Source: Camelus dromedarius
Lineage: Eukaryota
Assembly (NCBI RefSeq): GCF_036321535.1
Contig: NC_087438.1
Span: forward strand, 4,528,001-4,592,000
Direction of reading: 5' to 3'
Length of the DNA stretch: 64,000 bases
The notes under the pieces were generated by a model. That model did not search any database. It was not told the DNA's origin and worked only from the letters and a program-made list of their open reading frames with translations. Made by a program: the position numbers and the translations under genes. The stretch's first letter is position 1, and each line of letters begins with the position of its first letter. Below, piece by piece: positions 55,401-64,000 of this stretch.

Positions 55401-57447
55401 CTTGGAGCCACTTTTTGTATTCTTCCATACGTGACAGTTTATTCCACTCTGCAAGTGCAGACTGGCTGTGACATTTTGGCAAATTGGAATGTCCTGTGTC
55501 CTCGATGCTTTAATGTGTTACATTTGTGGGATGAGGATAGACTCTCAGCACACTGGCTTTGGTATTCTTCCATGGTGCTGGGCCAGTTGCTTATTCTGGG
55601 CCCATATCCCTGTTTTTGTGTCTCTCTATGTGTACATGCCTGTTACCGGCACTGTTCTGAGTTGGAGGAGAGCGTGTGCTCTTAGTGCTTCCGGTGGACT
55701 ATGTTCTCCCCCAAGCTGGCGGCTGGCCCCACGCACGAGCTCTTCTCCTGAGGAGCCCAGTGCCGCCTTCCTGACAGTTCTGCGCAGTGACAGTGACTGA
55801 CACAGGAGACCTGCCAGATGCCCTTGTAACCGGGGAAGGGTCCCCTGGCTCTTCCCCAGTGCGGGCGTTCACCTGCTGGCAGCATTGCCGAGTGGTGGGA
55901 ATTGTAGGGGACACCTCTGTCCTGACGCGCCTGCAGAGCTGCTGGAAGAGGTGCGTCAGATGCTTAGGATGTAGTTGGTGCTCGGTGGTTGTTGAGATGA
56001 TAGAAGCTTTAGCCCCTAAATTGATAGATATTTTGGAAAAATGACTGCATTTTAATGTTGCATGACTTCTTACGTTTGAGATTTACTAAAAACTGGACTC
56101 ATGGCTGAATCAGCAGCATATTTGGGGTGAAGATTTGTTTGATTTTTAAAAAAAACTTAAACAGGATAAGTCAGGTTCCCACTCGGTGGTGGCGCAACTG
56201 GTACTGTGGCTGCACCTTGAACAAGGGTGTTGAGTATTTATTTCCTGCTGGAGTCCCCTGTGTGCTTTCAGTGACTTCGAGTAGCTTTTAGTGTTAGGAG
56301 TGGTCGCTGCAAATGAATTGTGGGGTTGGGGGAGGCGATCCCGCAGGTGAGAGTTGAGACTGGCCTTAAGCCAGAGTCGGTGAAGATAAGATACTAGATG
56401 TTGGGGCCTTACCTTGTAGCTCGACAGTAATGGGTCCTGTTGAGAAGCATTGCCTGCTGTCAGGTGGACTGTTTTGCTTGCTATTGAGCTGACATGATAT
56501 CATTATTGAACTAATTTTATTTTATCTTCTCTTCCTTACTGATAATCAAACTTAGATTGGAGGCAGGTGGATTTGACTTGATGTAATTCCTAGGGTTGGA
56601 TTATTTGCTTCCCCATCTTTAATCCCTAAAAGTAACTGAGGATGACCTGTCTTTCCTTCCTGTAAAAGGAGTCTGTGGCCCAGATCCTTGGCTGAAACTT
56701 GACTCCTTATTGCCATGGCCAGGGGGCTGGCTTGTCATCCACGGGGCTGACAGAGGAGTGGCTTTTGAGCAGGGGTGTGAGGTGGCTTTCAGAGCTCCTT
56801 CTTCTCCCCTGAAAACACTGCTTTTCAGCTCTTTGTAGTAAAGGGGGGGGCCGTACTTAGTCCCACCCCCATGCGCTGGTGGTGCCCTCCCGTCGGAGTC
56901 TGGAGGGGGGCACACTTGAGTGCTGGATGGAATGTCTCTCTGATGCGTCACGAGGCGCTCGGTGCTGGATTCAAGGCCTGTCAGCGAGTGGGTTGGGCAG
57001 ACCCTGGTGCTGAGACTCAGGGCTGCCAGCCAGGATCCAGGACACGTGTCTTCCTGCTTCACCTGTCTCAGACCCACCTGCACCCTTTAGCGAGAGGCGC
57101 CAAAAGGTGCCCTTGGGGCCCGAGCACAGTGGCACGGGGTGACTGGTTTTCCCGCGCTGCGGCGGCTGGAATCACCCTTCATTTTTCATGGGCGGAGCTC
57201 TCAGTTTCTCTTCTGTAAAGTCACTGAAATGTTTCTTTTGAAATGCCAGTGGAAAGTTTTGATATTTATATCAACAAAATTCACTCGTGTTAATCTGTGA
57301 TGCTAAACCATACTGTGTAATTAGTTTTCATTTCATTACATACTTTCAGAGGAAAAAAGGAACTGTATTTTAAATGGTCAGAAATATATTTCAGTGTCAT
57401 GTTGATCTAATAACAGAATGAGAAAGTGTGGTCAGGTTTAATTGTAA

Positions 57448-57732
<285 letters not shown>

Positions 57733-58420
57733 TAGAGATGCCCCACCCCGTCCCTGCTGGACCCCAGGCCCTGGGTGGGGGCGGGACCACGACGGGGAGG
57801 CTCTGACGCCTTCAAGTGTGAGGATGTTGGCCTAAAGGAATTTTTTTCCTGGAATAATGTGATTATTTTTCTTGTTTTAAGTTTACCTTAAGATGAGAAG
57901 TTTTACCTCTTCCCTGAATCACACATGATAGCATGCGTTCAGGGCTGTAAACCTGAAAGTATTTTGTCACACACCGCCTTTCCAGGGGGTGAACACGTGT
58001 TTGTTGAGAGGCTGCCCAGGGCACTTGGAGTGCGTGTGAGGGCCACAGGAGACAGTCCTCTGGCCCAGGCTGGTGATGGGCAGTGGGTGAGGCGGCAGCG
58101 CAGCTCCCCTCCTCCTTTAAAATGACACACGACAGTTTTGCTTTGCACTTCGGTGCCCTGGGACAGAGCCCTGCCCTCCACCTCCTGTGGGCTTGAAACC
58201 GTTCTAACCATCCCCGGCTTTGAGCAATTGTGGTGAGACCAGTAACTGTTATGTCTCTTAATTTTGAGTTTTTAAAAATTCCTTTTGGGGCAGGTCTTTA
58301 ACTTAAAAGATTGAGAGGATTTTGTGTGATTGGCTTTGGGCCCCCTCCCCCGAGAATCGGGTGAGAAGTGGTGGAGGGAAGGCTGAAGACGGATCTGAAG
58401 ATGCTCACTCTTTCTTTCAG

Positions 58421-58467
58421 GTGCAGATATTTGGCAGCTTTAGTACAGGCCTCTATCTTCCAACCAG
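58421..58467 (+). CDS. TENT4A: TENT4A coding exon 3 (47 nt; GS motif of the Pol-beta-like NTase fold)
   Basis: Acceptor tttctttcag; VQIFGSFSTGLYLPT(S); donor AG|gtgagc. Confidence 0.97.
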
Positions 58468-59271
58468 GTGAGCACCAGATGGCCCTGCACAGGTGTGTGT
58501 GTGTGTTACTTAGCTGGGGTGGTGGGGTCTGTACATGTGTTAAAGGCTGAGAGTAGGTTACTTGTATTCAAATCTAAGGCTAAAAATGTGAGCTAGAGGA
58601 AAGAGCATGGAGCGCAGAGGGAGAATCACAGGAAATAAAAGTTTAACTTACTGTTGTGATAATTGATTGCTTTGCATTTTTCCTCTTGCACTTAATTTGA
58701 CGGGGTGCAAGGATGCTGGCTACCAGGAGTGCAGAGAAGATGAGTGAGCAGGCCGTGGGAGGCAGATGCAATAGAAAACATTCTGAGGTTCTTGGATATA
58801 TTTTTGAAAAATTGATTTTATGTTTTAATGAAGATTCAAGAAAATTCTGTTTAGTATTTTGTGAGGATTTTTACTGGATAGGAAACCATCAAACTAGTGT
58901 GCATACGAAAGCCGTTCTCCAGGGTTTCTCCATCAAGAACTCTCTAATCTCTAGTTAATTTTACATGCACTGTTTATTAAAAGCTTATTTTTCTCTACCC
59001 CACTGTTAACACTTGGAGACTAACGAGACCATAATCTCAGGATTTGGGTTGGCATTGGCTGGGCAAGTGGCAAATTGAGCAGATTCTACATGTCTGGGAT
59101 CTGGGGTCAACAAGAGTGACCAAGTGGTTACAGCACAGACATGAGGACCAGGCGACCTCAGAGGGCAGGTGCCTTCACCCCAGTCCCCCGTTACTGTGTG
59201 ATATGGGAGACTCAGCTGTTCCCTTTCCATCTTTGTTGCAATAGTGCAGGACCCACGTGTTCTCTTGCTGA

Positions 59272-59634
<363 letters not shown>

Positions 59635-61516
59635 TGAAGACTTCCCTACTTCTAGTGTAAGTGTGTTTGTATTTTTTATAGTAGGATCACCACCTGAGGA
59701 TGTGTTAAGAGTGTGCAGTACGAGTTGTGAGAGCACTGACCTATGTGATCGGGTCACCTTCTGTGAGGGTGTGTCGGGAGGGGATGTTAATATTAGAAAC
59801 GAGGCACGTTCAGACGCTGCCCTTTCAGCACGTGGCTGAATGATGTGAGCTGTGGCACTTACTATACAGATGGAGATTACCGTTTGCTACTTCAGAAAGA
59901 AAAACCTGTCCCCTTTCACTGTTAAAAAATGTACACGTGTGAAAACCGTACTTCTCTTGGGGAGAAATTGGAGGATGAAGCCGCTTTTGATGTGTGTGTC
60001 GAGTGTATCCAAGTCTGGGTGACAGACAGCTCAGACTGTGCTCCTGGCCTGCTGTGTGATGGTGATCAGACCTCAGCCATGCCGTCTGTGGCTCTGCCGT
60101 TTGCTCCAGCGTGTTGGCCTCTCGGGGACAGTACAGTGGGTGGTGGTCTCTGACCAGGTACCCTTGTAGAGGAGCTGAGGAGGCCCAGCTGGATCGCCCG
60201 GGGGCCCAGAGCTTTCCGGAGGCCGGACTGTGCAGAGTGGGTGTTACAGGAGCTGCGTGGTCACGTGGCTTCACTGCTGGCACACCCCTGCTGCTGCCAT
60301 AGGTCCCGTGTGGTTGGGGAGCAGTGTCCACCACTGCTCCTGCCCATGGCGCAAGCTGTCGCCGGGCGGCCCTCCGCTGGTCATGGGTCATGGGCTGTGT
60401 TTGAGGAGAAAGCTTGTCTATTTTGAACCACCACCAAAAAATCAGTGTTGTAGTATTACTTCTGATCTCCAGAATGTGGGAGTTCAGCCTGTGAGTGTGT
60501 GTGTGTGTGTTTTGGGGGGAAAGCCCACCACTACAGAGAAGGCGGGGTGTCGTGGCTGGGATGGTGGCAGTGGGGTTCCTCCGTGCGGAACCGGCCACAT
60601 CCTGGAGGGTGGGCGCTTGAGCTGTGTTCTGTGGGAAAGAAACTTGTTTTCTCTGCCCAAGTCTTGGTCCACGCTGGCCATAGCGCCCCCTGCCTGCTGG
60701 TCTGGGCGTGTCCTTGGCGGCATGCCCCTGGTGTAAGTTTAGAGCCCAGATGGGGTGTGCACTGAAGAGCGTGTTCCCGCGTTGACTTCACATTTTAAAC
60801 CTTTCATTAGACCTGATTGTTTGGTGAAGGGAATGTCCCTTTTTATTCCTTGGAGGCAGCTTTTCTTCTGAAAGAACACATCTCTGTGTGGGGGAGTGGT
60901 CTGAATGGGCAGCTTTTATGAGGCTGGTTTTGAGTGCCTTTTGGTGATAATTCTTGTCAATGAGAGTATTTCCAAAATAGCCTTTCATTCTGATTTTCAG
61001 GGAAAATTTTTTTAAGTTAAATTGTCTTTAAGAGTGAAAACCCAAAGTAGAGTTGTTCTCAGAGAAACATCAGTACAAAAAATTTTTAAAAATGGCTTTG
61101 AAGTTACTTTGAATGGCTTTCAGAAATCCTAGCAAAGGTGGTTGCTAGACAAGCTCTTCCCATCACTGGGCACTCGCGGTGGGATGGGGCCTTAGCCAGC
61201 TTCCTCTCGTGGCGGGCAGGCTGTGAGCCCAGGGCTTGTGCAGAGTGGGTGTTTGATGCTTGGTCCCCAGTGAGGCGCTCGTCGGGCCAGCAGGGCTGGG
61301 CAGAGGTGAGCACGAGCTGTTGTCAGGACTGGGAGGTGGCCTTGGGGACTCATGGGGTTAACGCTGGCCAAGTCCCTTGTCTCCTCATCCTTACCGTCTG
61401 GAGTTCATGATCTCTAAGCTTCTTGGGTGAATAAGGGGAAGAACCCTCTGTACAACCTGGGAACATTCTGATGCCTGACCATGGAAAATATTACCTATTA
61501 AAGCATGATTTTCTAA

Positions 61517-61657
<141 letters not shown>

Positions 61658-62689
61658 TAACACAGTAAAAATAAGGGGCTTGTTATGTGGGTATCATTTT
61701 TCTTTTAGATGTTAAAAAATTTAAAGTACTGATAGTCTTTAGTGAGAGAGACTGTAACAGTTGAATTTATTATAGGATGTTAGTTCTAGCGATGCTTTGA
61801 AATTACATAGCTGTCTTGCAGATTTGCTTTCCTTGGCTAATCGTTTCATACACTTGAGCATTATTTTAGAGAGCTTTGTTGAAATAGTCTTTTTAGTTGT
61901 TACGCAGTGGCCATCCCTGTAGCTCAGTGTGCCGATTTACAAGTTTAGTTCACTGCAAGTTGAATGCATCATAGTGGCGTTAGATTTGCTTAACTGTGGA
62001 TGGTCTCGGTGTCTGAGGACAGGATAATGGACTTGTTTGTTGATGGATTTCGGACTCTGACCAGGTGCGTCCAGTTAAACAGAGAGTCCTTCCCTCCTGT
62101 TACAATGGAAGTGATGGGACAACCCTGCACCGTCACTGTATCCGGCCCCTTCCCACAGTTTCAGGGCCTTGCTCTCCAGTTTTCTCCTTTCCTCTGCACC
62201 ATCAGGCTTGTCTGAAGGATCATCTCTGCCCCAGCAGAACAGGAGAAACACTTGAAGCTTCCACGCCCCACCACCCCCTTCTCCGGCCCCTTGGCGTTTC
62301 CTTGTTCCCACCCCGCCGCCTCCACCTTGTCCTGCATTTGGTGATGCCATGTTCTGCTGCCTTCCCGTCTCACGGGCTGTCCCCCCTCCACCTGTCTACT
62401 CCTCTCCCGGGTGCCTCTGAGCAGTGGCTGTTTGCACACTGGTTCTAGGACCTTCCCTTGCCCACTGCGCCCCCGCCCACAAAGCTTACGCGTGGCTGTA
62501 GCGAGCAGGGAGCTCCCTGAGGCGGGCCCTCGTTCAGGCCCAGCCCCTGTTGGCCTGGGGTCTCCATGTGGCTTCCCCTCCTCATCCCTGCTGAACTGTA
62601 ACCTGGAGAGGGGCTCCCCAACCAGACCTTAATGAGCCCCTCAAGTAATTCATTCTCAGGCTCCTACAGTTTGAGGATGATCGGCCTAG

Positions 62690-62959
<270 letters not shown>

Positions 62960-64000
62960 TGATAATGAGACTCGTGCAGGAGTATTTCTTCCTGAGGTTC
63001 TGATCAGTCTCTTCATGAATTCAGTTCCTTGCTGTCTCTACACGGTTCTGTTTTGGTGTAGTAGAAATTGACTTTTAATTTTCATGGTAAAACTCTGTTT
63101 TGAGCAATATTTTTTTCCTTTTGCTCATTTATAGCTTTTTTTTGTATCTGATTTAACTGGTTCTATCATTTAATAGAATATTGATCTAATCTTAAAGAAA
63201 CTCTTTACGTGTAGAAAAATTTCATGTCTTGATAGACACTGAAAAACTTTTTCTTGGTTCTTGACTGTGATTTATATTGAAAAATTTGTCTCAGAAAAAA
63301 AATTGGGTGCCATATATGGTAAAAAAAAAAAAAAGTACTGAAGAGACCCTTTTTTCTCAGTGATTAAAAAAACCAGTATTTTGTCTATAATTATATTGCC
63401 CTTACTTTGTTGAGTGCCACGGAAAAACTGTCAGTAGAAAACCTACCTGAGTATTAAATGCTGTATTAAGCTATACTTACACTATTTTCACTTATAAAAT
63501 AATCTCTAAGTTAATTGCAACGTTAATTATCCCGTTTATATTTACCTGTATGAAGGAGTCTCTGTTCTTTACAGAATCTGGCCTGTGTTTTAGCTGCACA
63601 GCTCTGTTCCTCAGTGTTTATCATTAGTTTTGTCTTTGTGGTTGTGCTTAGGGTTTTATGTCCAGAATTGGGTCGTTTTTCTCAGCATCACTAATACCTC
63701 TGACGGCCAGTGGAACTCTGGCCAACCCCTCCCTGCCTGATTCCCCGGCACATCCTTGCACAGCGGCTCTGAGCACGGGCAGCAGAGCTCCTCGTCTGCT
63801 TCCTCACAGCCTCAGTCCCGCTGCCTCGTCCTCTCTTCTCACCTCCAAGACGCTGCCCTCCTGGTCTTCCCCAGTGTTTGGACGTTATTTTGAACTAAAC
63901 ACAACCTTATGTTTTTTAAATTTATTTCCTCCCGTTGTCCTGATTTGAACTATCCCAGTAGCCTTGTAATCGTGCCTCCTTTCACGTGCACTTTGCTGAG

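Noticed and set aside
59825..60791. 257-aa antisense and 168-aa sense ORFs in intron 4
   Set aside because: They include a TG microsatellite and have no homology I can recognise; intronic noise.

Overview
This is mammalian genomic DNA, most likely camelid, judged from a Vic-1-like tRNA SINE with target-site duplications (TSDs) and cetartiodactyl-type L1 3' ends. The right half holds the CpG-island promoter and first six coding exons of TENT4A (PAPD7/POLS, a non-canonical poly(A)/mixed-tail polymerase) on the + strand: CDS join 33766-34478, 57477-57600, 58421-58467, 59406-59526, 61532-61639, 62804-62932. All splice sites are GT-AG, the frame is continuous, and the gene runs past the window end. 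The left ~32 kb is repeat-rich intergenic DNA: a decayed ERVL pro-pol, MaLR/MLT LTRs, L1/L2/MIR, DNA transposon relics and a MER41-like ERV1 solo LTR. I see no evidence of a new multi-gene system, and almost all ORF-track entries are noise. The best leads are: (1) a MER41-like LTR with an intact GAS site overlapping a kB-like site ~14 kb upstream of TENT4A; (2) a 193-bp, ~97% identical inverted copy of an old L1 segment 5.7 kb away; (3) a single polyproline uORF plus weak-context starts in exon 1; (4) a candidate poison exon or recursive splice sites early in intron 1; (5) a candidate L1 3' transduction. Repeat family names come from recalled consensus similarity, not a database search, and boundaries without TSDs are approximate.
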